Part shown: positions 1 to 10,754 of the stretch, in pieces
How the letters are laid out: the number at the start of each line of letters is the position of its first letter
Position numbering within the stretch: the first letter of the stretch is position 1
Assembly: GCA_963816395.1 (NCBI GenBank)
Contig: CAWFKQ010000006.1
Location: 32,001 to 96,000 of the forward strand
Source: an uncultured delta proteobacterium
GTDB lineage: Bacteria; Desulfobacterota; Desulfuromonadia; Desulfuromonadales; JACZKF01
DNA length: 64,000 nucleotides
Direction: 5' to 3'
Made by a program: the position numbers and the translations under genes
Notes under the pieces: generated by a model
The model's input: only the letters and a program-made list of their open reading frames with translations
Database searches by the model: none
What the model was told of the DNA's origin: nothing

Positions 1-42
1 CCGGGGCAGCCGGTCAGCGTGCGGCCGGAGGAGAGGCCGTGA
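1..42 (+). CDS. 3' end of a probable HlyD-family efflux adaptor (partial)
   Basis: Reads PGQPVSVRPEERP*; PGQPV is typical of HlyD C-termini; GTGA overlap with the next ABC ATPase. Confidence 0.55.
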   Translation, partial: PGQPVSVRPEERP

Positions 43-959
43 GCGGGGCGGCGCCGGTCATCGCCGTCGAGGGGCTGAGCAAGTCCTTCGGCGGCAAGAT
101 GGTGGTGAAGGGGCTCTCCCTGCAGGTGACGGCCGGGGAGATCTACGGCTTTCTCGGCCCCAACGGCAGCGGCAAGACCACCTTCATCCGCATGCTCTGC
201 GGCCTGCTGCGCCCCGACGCCGGCCGCGGCACCTGCCTCGGCTACGACATCATCAGCGAGGCCGAAGAGATCAAGCCGCACATCGGCTACATGGCCCAGC
301 GCTTCAGCCTGTACGAGGACCTCAGCGTCCGCGAGAACCTCGACTTCATGGCCAGCGTCTACGGAGTGAAGGACCGCCGGCGGGCGGTGGCGGAGACGAT
401 GGAGCGCATGGGGCTGGAACGCTTCGCCGATCAGCTCGCCGGCACCCTTTCCGGCGGCTGGAAGCAGCGCCTGGCCCTCGCTTCCTGCCTGCTGCACGCG
501 CCGCGGCTGCTGCTCCTGGACGAGCCGACGGCCGGCGTCGACCCCAAGGCCCGCCGCGATTTCTGGGACGACGTCTACGCCCTCTCCGCCCAGGGGATCA
601 CCGCCCTGATCAGCACCCACTACATGGACGAGGCCGAGCGCTGCCACCGCCTGGCCTACCTGGCCTACGGCGACCTGCTGGCGACGGGGACAGCCGAGGA
701 GGTCATCGCCGCCTCCGGGCTGGTCACCTGGTCGGTCTCCGGCCGCCGGATGCACGAACTCAGCGCGCAGCTCAAGCCGCTGCCCGGCGTCGAGCAGGTG
801 GTGCCCTTCGGCAACACCCTGCACGTCAGCGGCCACGACGCGGCCCGACTGGAAGAGAGCCTGCGCCCCTTCATGACCGGCGATTATCGCTGGGAGAAGA
901 GCGCAACCAACCTGGAGGAGGTTTTCATCAGCCTGATGCAGCGGGCGAAGGTGGAGTGA
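39..959 (+). CDS. ABC exporter ATP-binding protein (YbhF-like)
   Basis: Walker A GPNGSGKT, LSGGWKQR signature, LLLLDEPT. Confidence 0.93.
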   Translation: MSGAAPVIAVEGLSKSFGGKMVVKGLSLQVTAGEIYGFLGPNGSGKTTFIRMLCGLLRPDAGRGTCLGYDIISEAEEIKPHIGYMAQRFSLYEDLSVRENLDFMASVYGVKDRRRAVAETMERMGLERFADQLAGTLSGGWKQRLALASCLLHAPRLLLLDEPTAGVDPKARRDFWDDVYALSAQGITALISTHYMDEAERCHRLAYLAYGDLLATGTAEEVIAASGLVTWSVSGRRMHELSAQLKPLPGVEQVVPFGNTLHVSGHDAARLEESLRPFMTGDYRWEKSATNLEEVFISLMQRAKVE

Positions 960-962
960 GGG

Positions 963-2102
963 ATGGCGCGCCGGCTCTTCTCCTTCACCCGCTTCGCCGC
1001 CATGGTCCGCAAGGAATTCGTGCAGATGCGCCGCGACCGGCTCACCTTCGCCATGATGCTCGGCATCCCCATCCTGCAGATGGTCCTCTTCGGCTACGCC
1101 ATCAATTCCGATCCGAAGCGCCTGCCCACCGCGGTGCTGTCCGCGGACCACAGCGTCTTCTCCCGCACCCTGGTCGCCGCCCTGCAGAACAGCGCCTATT
1201 TCCGCGTGGTGCGGCTGGTGGGGAGCGAGGCCGAGGGGAAGGAGCTGATCGACACCGGCGCGGTGCAGTTCCTGGTCAACATCCCCGAGCAGTTCGGCCG
1301 CCGGCTGGTGCGCGGCGAGCGCCCGGCGATTCTGCTCACCGCCGACGCCACCGATCCGGCCGCCACCAGCAATGCCGTCGCCGCCTTCCGCACCCTGGCC
1401 GAGGCGGCCCTGGCGCGCGACCTGGACGGGCCGCTGGCCTACCTGAGGCGGGGTGAAAGCCCCCTGGAGATCATCGTCCACCCCCGCTTCAACCCCGAGG
1501 GGATCACCCGCTACAACATCGTCCCCGGCCTGATGGGGGTGGTGCTGACCATGACCCTGGTCATCATCACCGCCCTGGCGATCACCCGCGAGCGCGAGCG
1601 CGGCACCATGGAAAACCTGCTCTCCACCCCGGTGCGGCCGCTGGAGGTGATGCTCGGCAAGATCGTCCCCTACATTCTCGTCGGCTACCTGCAGATGGCC
1701 TTCATCCTGGCCGCCGCCCGCTTCCTCTTCCAGGTGCCGCTGAGCGGCAGCATCCTGCTGCTGTTCGCCGTCTCCCTGCTGTTCATCGCCGCCAACCTCG
1801 GCGTCGGCCTGACCTTCTCCACCCTGGCGCGCAACCAGCTGCAGGCGATGCAGATGTCCTTTTTCTTCTTTCTCCCCTCCATCCTCCTCTCCGGCTTCAT
1901 GTTCCCCTTCCGCGGCATGCCGGTCTGGGCGCAGTACCTCGGCTCGGTCCTCCCCCTGACCCATTACCTGCGCATGGTGCGCGGCATCCTCCTCAAGGGG
2001 AACGGCCTCGCCGAAATCCTCCCCCATCTCTGGCCCATCGCCCTCTTTCTGGCAGTGGTGCTGAGCATCGGCCTCAAGCGCTACCGGCAGACTCTCGACT
2101 AG
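963..2102 (+). CDS. ABC-2 type permease (YbhR/YbhS-like)
   Basis: RERERGTMENLLSTP motif, several TM segments, follows the ATPase. Confidence 0.92.
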   Translation: MARRLFSFTRFAAMVRKEFVQMRRDRLTFAMMLGIPILQMVLFGYAINSDPKRLPTAVLSADHSVFSRTLVAALQNSAYFRVVRLVGSEAEGKELIDTGAVQFLVNIPEQFGRRLVRGERPAILLTADATDPAATSNAVAAFRTLAEAALARDLDGPLAYLRRGESPLEIIVHPRFNPEGITRYNIVPGLMGVVLTMTLVIITALAITRERERGTMENLLSTPVRPLEVMLGKIVPYILVGYLQMAFILAAARFLFQVPLSGSILLLFAVSLLFIAANLGVGLTFSTLARNQLQAMQMSFFFFLPSILLSGFMFPFRGMPVWAQYLGSVLPLTHYLRMVRGILLKGNGLAEILPHLWPIALFLAVVLSIGLKRYRQTLD

Positions 2103-2259
2103 GCCGCCGGAGACTGCCCTTTTCCGCATCTCTGCGTATCTTGGCTTGCTTGTGCGGCGTACGGATGTACGCCTCCGCGCAAAGCCTTGATTTCCTTGAC
2201 CCCTTGCAAAATATTGCTCGTTTACGAATCAGAAACACGCCATCGCCCATCCGGACTAG
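2099..2259. mobile_element. MITE-like non-coding element bounded by CTAG
   Basis: CTAG at 2099-2102 and 2256-2259; hairpin GGCGTAC-ggat-GTACGCC at 2156-2173; core motifs shared with 44011-44134. Confidence 0.5.
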
Positions 2260-2454
2260 TTCCCGCGACCTCTGATTTTGGCTTTCCACGGGACGGCCAG
2301 GATAGACGTCGGTAAAAGCCTCTTCCATTGGCGGAAGAGAACCGCGTCAGCGGTCAAAAAGTTTCCTTGCCACGCGGCACTGCAGCTGTCACGAGCATCG
2401 GTCGGGAGCCAGCGGCGTAAATCCTTGCGAAAGGAGTCCTCCCCGGCAGAGGCC

Positions 2455-2560
2455 GCCGTTTTCTTTGGTTACTTTCTTTTAGGCGGATTTTAAAAGAAAG
2501 TAACGCGGGGTGCGGGGCGCAGCGCCCGCGGTCTAAAGGGGGTGCGGGGCGCAGCACCAG
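2455..2560. repeat. REP/MITE-like end: 14-bp perfect inverted repeat plus 17-bp direct repeat
   Basis: GTTACTTTCTTTTA (2468-2481) / TAAAAGAAAGTAAC (2491-2504); GGGGTGCGGGGCGCAGC at 2507-2523 and 2539-2555. Confidence 0.6.
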
Positions 2561-2755
2561 TCGGCAATGACTATTGCCAGAGGCCTCTGAGGCGTTTTAC
2601 GCCCAGGCGACTCGACATCTGGTCGATCAACTCATTGAAATTGCACAAAATATACCCGACATCAGGCGAAATTCCGGCAGATGTCTGATGTTTTCGGCGG
2701 GAGAGCGGATTACTCTGACGACAGGTTGCATTCACTTCTGTCCAAGGAGGCCCAA

Positions 2756-3061
2756 ATGAAAAGAACCGTTGTCCCCCTGCTGATCGTCTTTCTACTCGGC
2801 GCCTTCCCCTTCGCCGCCGGCGCCGCCGATTTCGGCCTGACCGGCATTCAGATCACCTTTGGCTCACGCATCGACAGATCGCCCCGGCACCGGGAGGTAC
2901 ATGTCGTCAGGGAGGTCCCGCAGCGTCGGTATCGGGAAAGGGATCATTGGGATCGCGGCCGGCGGCCGCGGGTGATCGTCATCGACCGCGACCATCGCCG
3001 GCACCGGTGTGATGATGAGAGGGTGGTGATCGTCCGCCGGGAATACGGCGAACGCTGGTAA
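2756..3061 (+). CDS. Small secreted Arg/His-rich hypothetical protein
   Basis: AAGGAGG RBS, ATG at 2756, signal-peptide-like N-terminus, terminator downstream. Confidence 0.7.
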   Translation: MKRTVVPLLIVFLLGAFPFAAGAADFGLTGIQITFGSRIDRSPRHREVHVVREVPQRRYRERDHWDRGRRPRVIVIDRDHRRHRCDDERVVIVRREYGERW

Positions 3062-3070
3062 TCGGGCATG

Positions 3071-3110
3071 AAAAAAGGGGGACCGGCAAGCTGCCGGTCC
3101 CCCTTGGTTT
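3071..3110. terminator. Bidirectional intrinsic terminator
   Basis: AAAAAAGGGGGACCGGCA-agc-TGCCGGTCCCCCTT between convergent genes. Confidence 0.8.
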
Positions 3111-3142
3111 AGGTTTTTTCTACCTCCCTACCTCCCTACCCC

Positions 3143-4456
3143 TTATTTTCCCGGCTCCGCCTGCGGGCGTACCGCGTAGGCACTGGACGGGATGCCGGCC
3201 GGCTGCGGCGCTGAGCCTGGATAGCCGGCCGGGGCGGGATTCCAGGAAAGATGCTCTTCCGGGTAGGCGGTGATGTGGTGGATCGCCAGGTCCGCTCCGG
3301 CGAACTCTTCTTCGCCACTCAGCCGGTAGCCGAAGGTGCGGTTGACCAGGGAATAGACCGCGAAGCCGACCCCCAGGGCGTAGCCGACCGCCAGCAGGCT
3401 GCCGGCCAGCTGGGAGAGGAAGGAGACTCCGCCCATGCCGCCGAGCAGCGGGCTGCCGAAGATGCCGGCGGCGATGCCGCCCCAGGTGCCGACCATGCCG
3501 TGCAGCGGCCAGACGCCGAGGACGTCGTCGATGCGCAGCTTCTCCTGCTCGAACTGAAAGCCGAAGACGAAGATCAGGGCGCCCAGGCCGCCGATGAAGA
3601 AGGCGCCGATCGGATGCACCAGGTCGGAGCCGGCGCAGATGGCGATCAGTCCGGCCAGCGCCCCGTTGTGCAGGAAGCCGGGGTCATTGCGGCCGGCGAC
3701 CAGGGCAAAGAGGACGCCGCCGACCATGGCCATCAGCGAGTTGACCGCCACCAGGCCGGAAATGCCGCCCAGGCTCTGGGCGCTCATGACATTGAAGCCG
3801 AACCAGCCGACCGCCAGGATCCAGCTCCCCAGGGCGAGAAAGGGGATGCTGCTGATCGGGATCGGGTGGCTCCTGCGCCTGCTGAAACGGCCCAGGCGGG
3901 GACCGAGGATGAGCACCGCCGGCAGCGCCAGCCAGCCGCCCATGGAATGCACCACCACGCTGCCGGCGAAGTCGTGGAAGGGGGCGCCGAAGGTGCTCTG
4001 AAAAAAGCCCTGCAGACCGCCGCTGTGCTGCCCCCAGATGAGCGATTCGAAAAACGGATAAATCAGGCCGACGAAGATCGCCCCGGCGATGACCTGCGGC
4101 CAGAAACGGGCGCGCTCGGCGATGCCGCCGGAGATGATGGCGGGGATGCAGGCGGCGAAGCAGAGCAGGAAGAAGAAGCGTACCAGCTCGAAGCCGTTGC
4201 TGTTGCCCAGGAGATCGCCGGCCGGGTGCAGAAAATTGATGCCGTAGGCGAGGGGAAAACCGACCAGGAAATAGACGACGGTGGACACCGACCAGTCGGT
4301 GAGGATTTTGGCAAAGGCGTTGATCTGGCTTTTCCGGCGGACGCTGCCGACCTCCAGGAAAGCGAAGCCGGCGTGCATGGCGAAGACCATGACCGCGCCG
4401 AGCATGAGAAACAGAACGTCCCCCGAACGACCCAGGGACTGAGCGGCGGATTGCAT
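3143..4456 (-). CDS. amt: Ammonium transporter
   Basis: DFAGSVVVH and DDVLGVWPLHG twin-His motifs; GFAFLEVG; WFGFN. Confidence 0.93.
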   Translation of the reverse strand: MQSAAQSLGRSGDVLFLMLGAVMVFAMHAGFAFLEVGSVRRKSQINAFAKILTDWSVSTVVYFLVGFPLAYGINFLHPAGDLLGNSNGFELVRFFFLLCFAACIPAIISGGIAERARFWPQVIAGAIFVGLIYPFFESLIWGQHSGGLQGFFQSTFGAPFHDFAGSVVVHSMGGWLALPAVLILGPRLGRFSRRRSHPIPISSIPFLALGSWILAVGWFGFNVMSAQSLGGISGLVAVNSLMAMVGGVLFALVAGRNDPGFLHNGALAGLIAICAGSDLVHPIGAFFIGGLGALIFVFGFQFEQEKLRIDDVLGVWPLHGMVGTWGGIAAGIFGSPLLGGMGGVSFLSQLAGSLLAVGYALGVGFAVYSLVNRTFGYRLSGEEEFAGADLAIHHITAYPEEHLSWNPAPAGYPGSAPQPAGIPSSAYAVRPQAEPGK

Positions 4457-4746
4457 CTTATGACCTCCTCGTCATCATAGCCGGAGCGCCATTGACCCGG
4501 CTGAGTCGTCTCCTTTCAACACCCGTGCCGGAAAAAGGGTTCAGAATATTCAATCGGTTAGACGAGGAGGGTAGGGCCGAGAGGTTTTCGAGATGAAATT
4601 GTAGGCACTGCCGCCGGAAAATTCAGCAGGCAGGAACTCGGCGGCGGGAGAAAATCGCGCAGCAGCGGTGGCAAACCGCGGCCGGAAAGGTAAAATGCCG
4701 GTTAATGTGAAAGGTTTTCCGGAAAAATCTCCCGGGAGAATCCTTC

Positions 4747-6087
4747 ATGACCGATCCGAAACGGTATCTGCGAGAATCACTGGTGCTGGTGGGACTGATT
4801 GCTTTGCTCATTCTCTCCGGTTTGCCGGCCACCCGGGTCGCCGGGGCGGCGGTGCCCGCCGGTCCAGGAGAGGCGCAACTGCCGCTGCTGCAGCCGCCGG
4901 GCACGCCCTACCATACACCGCGGGCCGGCGAGGGATTCCGCACCGTGGTCTTCGGCCGGGAGGTCAGCGTGCCGCCGCAGAACCGGCGCTCCGTCTCCGC
5001 CTGGGATCTCGGGGTGGTCGTAACGAACCGCCGCCCGAACATTCGCAGTATCTCCCGTTCGGCGCCCTCTACTTCTGGCGCCATCCCGATGCCCACCGGC
5101 TGCTGCGGGCCGAGGCGGCCGTGGTCTACAACGACATCTTCTTTTCCCGCGCCCGGGCGACGGTCCGCTCGAATGGGTGCTCACCTTCAACAACTTCACC
5201 ATCCCGGTCGCCCAGGCCGAACTGGTGGACGGCGGGGCCCTGGACCGCCAGGAACTGCTCTGGGGGTATGTGCGGCCGGGATTCGGCCTGGGCTATCGCC
5301 GGCAGGTGGCGCCCGGCCATCAGGAAAACATGCTGGCGGTCGATCTGCTGCTCGAGCCGGGTTACTGTTCTTCGATAACGGCGACAAGACGGCCGACAAT
5401 TTCGTCGTCCCCCAGAATACCTTCGAACTGCGCGGCCACCTGCAGGTGCGCTGGGATGCCTTGGAGCGCAACCTCCTCGAACTGCCGCACCGGGGCTTTG
5501 CCGCCGGCGGCGATCTGATCGGGGGTTATCGGCCCGACTGGCAGGACTGGGGGGTGAACGGCAGCAATGAGGCCGGCGACGGGCGCGACTATCTCTCCTT
5601 CAGCGGCTATGCCCTGGCCGCCGGCGGGGTGCCCGGGGTGGCCAGCGAGCGCCACCGGCTGGTCGGCTCCCTGCACGGCGGCGCCGGCCGCCATCTCGAC
5701 CGCTTCACCGCGCCCCGCATCGGCGGCGGCCCGCGCCCCATGGGGGAGGAATACGGTTCCACCTGGCGGCCGGTCCTGCCGGGAGCGGTCATCCAGGAGT
5801 TCTATCCGGACCACTACCTGGTGGCGGTCGGCGAATACCGCTAGGAGCCGATCTTTTTCACCTACCTGAGCCTGGTCGGCTCCCTCGCCTGGCTCGACCG
5901 CCTGCGGGGGAACGACGGCGACCTTTACCGGCAGGACGACGTCTTCACCGCCCTCGGCGCGCGGGTGACCACCGGCTTTTTCTTCGAAACCCGGCTGCAG
6001 CTCGACTACAACTACAACTTCGCCGCGATCCGCCAGGGCGATTACGGCGGCCACGAAATCGTCCTGCACGTCTCCGGGCAGTTCTGA
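4747..6087 (+). pseudogene. Probable outer-membrane beta-barrel protein with about 3 frameshifts and an in-frame TAG
   Basis: Signal-like start; coding frame hops near 5030, 5165 and 5365; TAG at 5842-5844; frame continues 80 codons to VLHVSGQF* (terminal Phe). Confidence 0.65.
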
Positions 6088-6252
6088 CGATGTCCTCGCC
6101 CGTCAGCCGCTAAAGCCGATCTGGCGCTGCGGCCTGCCGCCGCACCGCCGGCGCCCGTAATTTTTCCCGCCCGCAATCCAAGGGATGACTGTTCCCGCAA
6201 GCCGACTTCTGCCATAATCACCTCCGAGACCAATTCACGAGGAAATGCATCG

Positions 6253-8139
<1,887 letters not shown>

Positions 8140-8199
8140 TCGGCGAGCGATGGGGACCACGAGAAGAGGCGGCGAACAGCTCCCTGCTGCTGTTTTGAG

Positions 8200-9609
8200 C
8201 CGACCTGCCGGCGATGATGGCTGCGGTAGAGGCTTCTTCCTCCCTGCTGGTAAGGTTGTAAGCACAGAACGGGACCAACCCGCCATCGGCGGAGATGACT
8301 GCAATGCAGCAACCCCTCAGCCGCTCAAGGTCCAGGTTGTCGGCATCCTGAAAGGCCATGGCGGATAGCGTAAAGCTCCTGGTGGCGACAGCCTGGAGAA
8401 AAAAATCCAGGTCGAGAGGGCCTTCGGCCCGGACCGCATCCGGTCTGCCGCTGCAGCAGGCGGTCTGTTCCAAGTCGAGGGACGGTTGGAAAAAGAAACT
8501 GCGGATGGCAGCCTCCAGCGACGCGACACGGTTTCTACGGTCTTTCTGATCCCGCCGCCGCAATCCGCCGTACAGCAGTTATCGCCGCCAGTCGTTCCGA
8601 GCGGGCGCAGTTCCCCGGCAGCTGAATAAATATACGTGGCATGAAAGGAACAGTGAGCATGCTCGCCGCCGGGAGGAGAAAAGTCCGCCAGCTTGAGCAG
8701 CCCTTTCGTCTGACTTTCGAGTGATCTCATCAACTCCGGAAGGGTAAAACGATCGCCGCCGCCGTTCCGCGCAGGGAAGCGACCGAAATAACTTACCGGC
8801 TGAAAATGGATGCCCCGTACCGTGGGAGCCAGTTGCAGGGCCTGTCGTACAATGGCCCCGATGGCGTCGGTATTCACCCCCTTGACGAGGGTAGGGACCA
8901 GGACGACGCCGATACCTGCCTCCCCCGCATGTCTGACGGCCCTGAGCTTCTGCGCGAGGAGCGCCCTGCCCCGCAAGGTACGGTAAATCCCATCGTCAAC
9001 GCCGTCGAACTGGAGGAAGACCGACGAAAGGCCTGCCGCCTGCAGCCGATAGGCGTAGTCTCTGTCCGTGGCAAGGCGGAGACCATTGGTATTGACCTGA
9101 ATGAAGGAAAAGCCAATCCGCCGGGCCGCTTCGACGATCTGCGGAAGGTCGTCCCGCAGCGTGGGTTCCCCGCCTGATAACTGAAGGTTGCAGGGACCTG
9201 CTGCAGCCATGGCCCGCTCCAGCAGCCAGGCGATCTTCTTCAAGGACGGATCCTCTGTTTCCCTTTGGCCGGAATCGGCAAAACAGACGGCGCATTGCAG
9301 GTTGCACCGGTCGGTTACTTCCAGCAGAACGGAGCAGGGAAGCTGTTCATGGCCGCTGCAGAGGCCGCAGTCGAAAGGGCAGCCCTGGTCTGCGGTTCCG
9401 TAGCAGAGTTCCGGATGGACAGGTGCCTTCGGCCGCTGCCATTCGGCCATGGACGGCTCGCCGTGCCATATGAGAGTCCTGAAGGATCCATGTTCTTCGC
9501 ACTCCTTGACCTGAAAAACCTCGTCGCCCAACAATTGTCGTATCGCCGGGATTCTCTTGAGGCACACAGGGCAGAGGCTTTCGGTTGCCTGCGGATTCGC
9601 CTTTTCCAT
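8200..9609 (-). CDS. Radical SAM protein, MJ0619/Tes-like (DVU_1554/TrsS-type); frameshifts near 8490 and 8240; 3' end approximate
   Basis: CNLQCAVC (CxxxCxxC); N-terminal SLCPVC...CEEHG; CPFDCGLC; C-terminal DLERLRGCC...VPFCAYN in a shifted frame. Confidence 0.85.
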
Positions 9610-9618
9610 AAATTTTAC

Positions 9619-10398
9619 TCAGCCCTTCCCACTGCCGGATCGACGACCACTTCCCTGCATCAGGCCGCCAGCTCTTGCAAAAAAGATGTCATTCACAGGA
9701 CTGTTCATTCCCACATCCACGGGCACCGCCTTTCGGGCGACCAAAAGAAAATAACCGATTCCTGGGTGGCCGGTCTTTTCCCCATTTTGTCTCTGATCGC
9801 ATCTCCACGAATCCGGCAGACATTCGCCAGCGAATATCATGCGCACCGCGAATTCCTTGAGCAGCTGTTCGTGTGTCTCCCATAGGAGAGGAGTAAAGCC
9901 ACGTCCTGTGAGTAAACCGAGTAATTCCCCCGAGGTGAGAAGTTGATCTGCGGGTCCTTCCTTCCCGAAAACGCCCTTCCTGAAGACGTCACTTATCACC
10001 AGAACCCCCCCATCTTTCAGGACCTGTGCGAACCCGTCGAGGACCGCCGGCTTGTCATCGATGATGGAAAGGACACATTCGCAAAAAATGGCATCGAAAG
10101 TTTCTTTCCTGAAGGGGATTGCTTCCGCCAGGCCCTGGATGAGCCGAGCTGATTCCAGGTAGGCAGCCGCCTCCTTGAGGAGCCTTTCCGAATAGTCGAA
10201 TCCCACCAGCCGATGGTGCCCGACCCGTTCCAGGTGCTGCAAGGTGCCCCCTGCACCGCAGCCGACATCGGCGATTAGGGATCCGGCCGGGAGGGCGCAG
10301 AACTCCAACGCCCTTTTCGTAAGCACGGTGCCTCCCGGTCGGATACAGGGCCCCACGCTGCGGCAGATCTCTGACCAGTTAAAAATAATGTCGCTCAT
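9619..10398 (-). CDS. Class I SAM-dependent methyltransferase (DVU_1556-like)
   Basis: IRPGG..LT, ADVGCGAG motif I, FCECVLS, GYFLLVARK. Confidence 0.85.
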   Translation of the reverse strand: MSDIIFNWSEICRSVGPCIRPGGTVLTKRALEFCALPAGSLIADVGCGAGGTLQHLERVGHHRLVGFDYSERLLKEAAAYLESARLIQGLAEAIPFRKETFDAIFCECVLSIIDDKPAVLDGFAQVLKDGGVLVISDVFRKGVFGKEGPADQLLTSGELLGLLTGRGFTPLLWETHEQLLKEFAVRMIFAGECLPDSWRCDQRQNGEKTGHPGIGYFLLVARKAVPVDVGMNSPVNDIFFARAGGLMQGSGRRSGSGKG

Positions 10399-10599
10399 AT
10401 TCTCAGCAGGTCCGGCAGAGGGTTTCATGCGCGCCGGTGTGCTGTCCCAGCGCCGCCACATACCTTCAGGGCCTCCGGCATAGCCGGGGCTTGGACAACT
10501 CTTAACGGACTGATCACTTCTGTGCCATTCTGGCAACAATGTCGTCGTCGATCCACAAATAAATCCATTCAGGAGAATTATTGCGGGCCATAAACGGGC

Positions 10600-10627
10600 G
10601 CGGCCCCTGGTGAAATCCAGGGGCCGC
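10600..10627. terminator. GC-rich hairpin, possible terminator of the Gld-like operon
   Basis: GCGGCCCCTGG-tgaaat-CCAGGGGCCGC; no clear U tract. Confidence 0.45.
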
Positions 10628-10754
10628 ACATATGCACGATGCGCTTCGGAAAACCTTTTTTGAGCACCACTTCGCCGTCCCGAGAGCGTCTCGTGAACTG
10701 TCTTTATGCGGAACCGCAGGCGCGGGGGCGGTGGGGATCCCGTCTTCTAAGCAT

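Noticed and set aside
4515..4530. Sigma54 promoter for amt (CGGCACGGGTGTTGAA, minus strand)
   Set aside because: Spacing is right but the -12 dinucleotide is GA rather than GC; too weak to call
5842..5844. Pyrrolysine recoding of the in-frame TAG
   Set aside because: No pyl genes or methylamine methyltransferase context in the window; a TGG to TAG change is simpler
8200..9609. Selenocysteine in the radical SAM protein
   Set aside because: No in-frame TGA at the Cys motifs I checked; the breaks are indels
10400..10750. Riboswitch (Moco, SAM or c-di-GMP type) upstream of the methyltransferase
   Set aside because: Hairpins are present but I could not match a consensus; an Infernal/Rfam scan is needed
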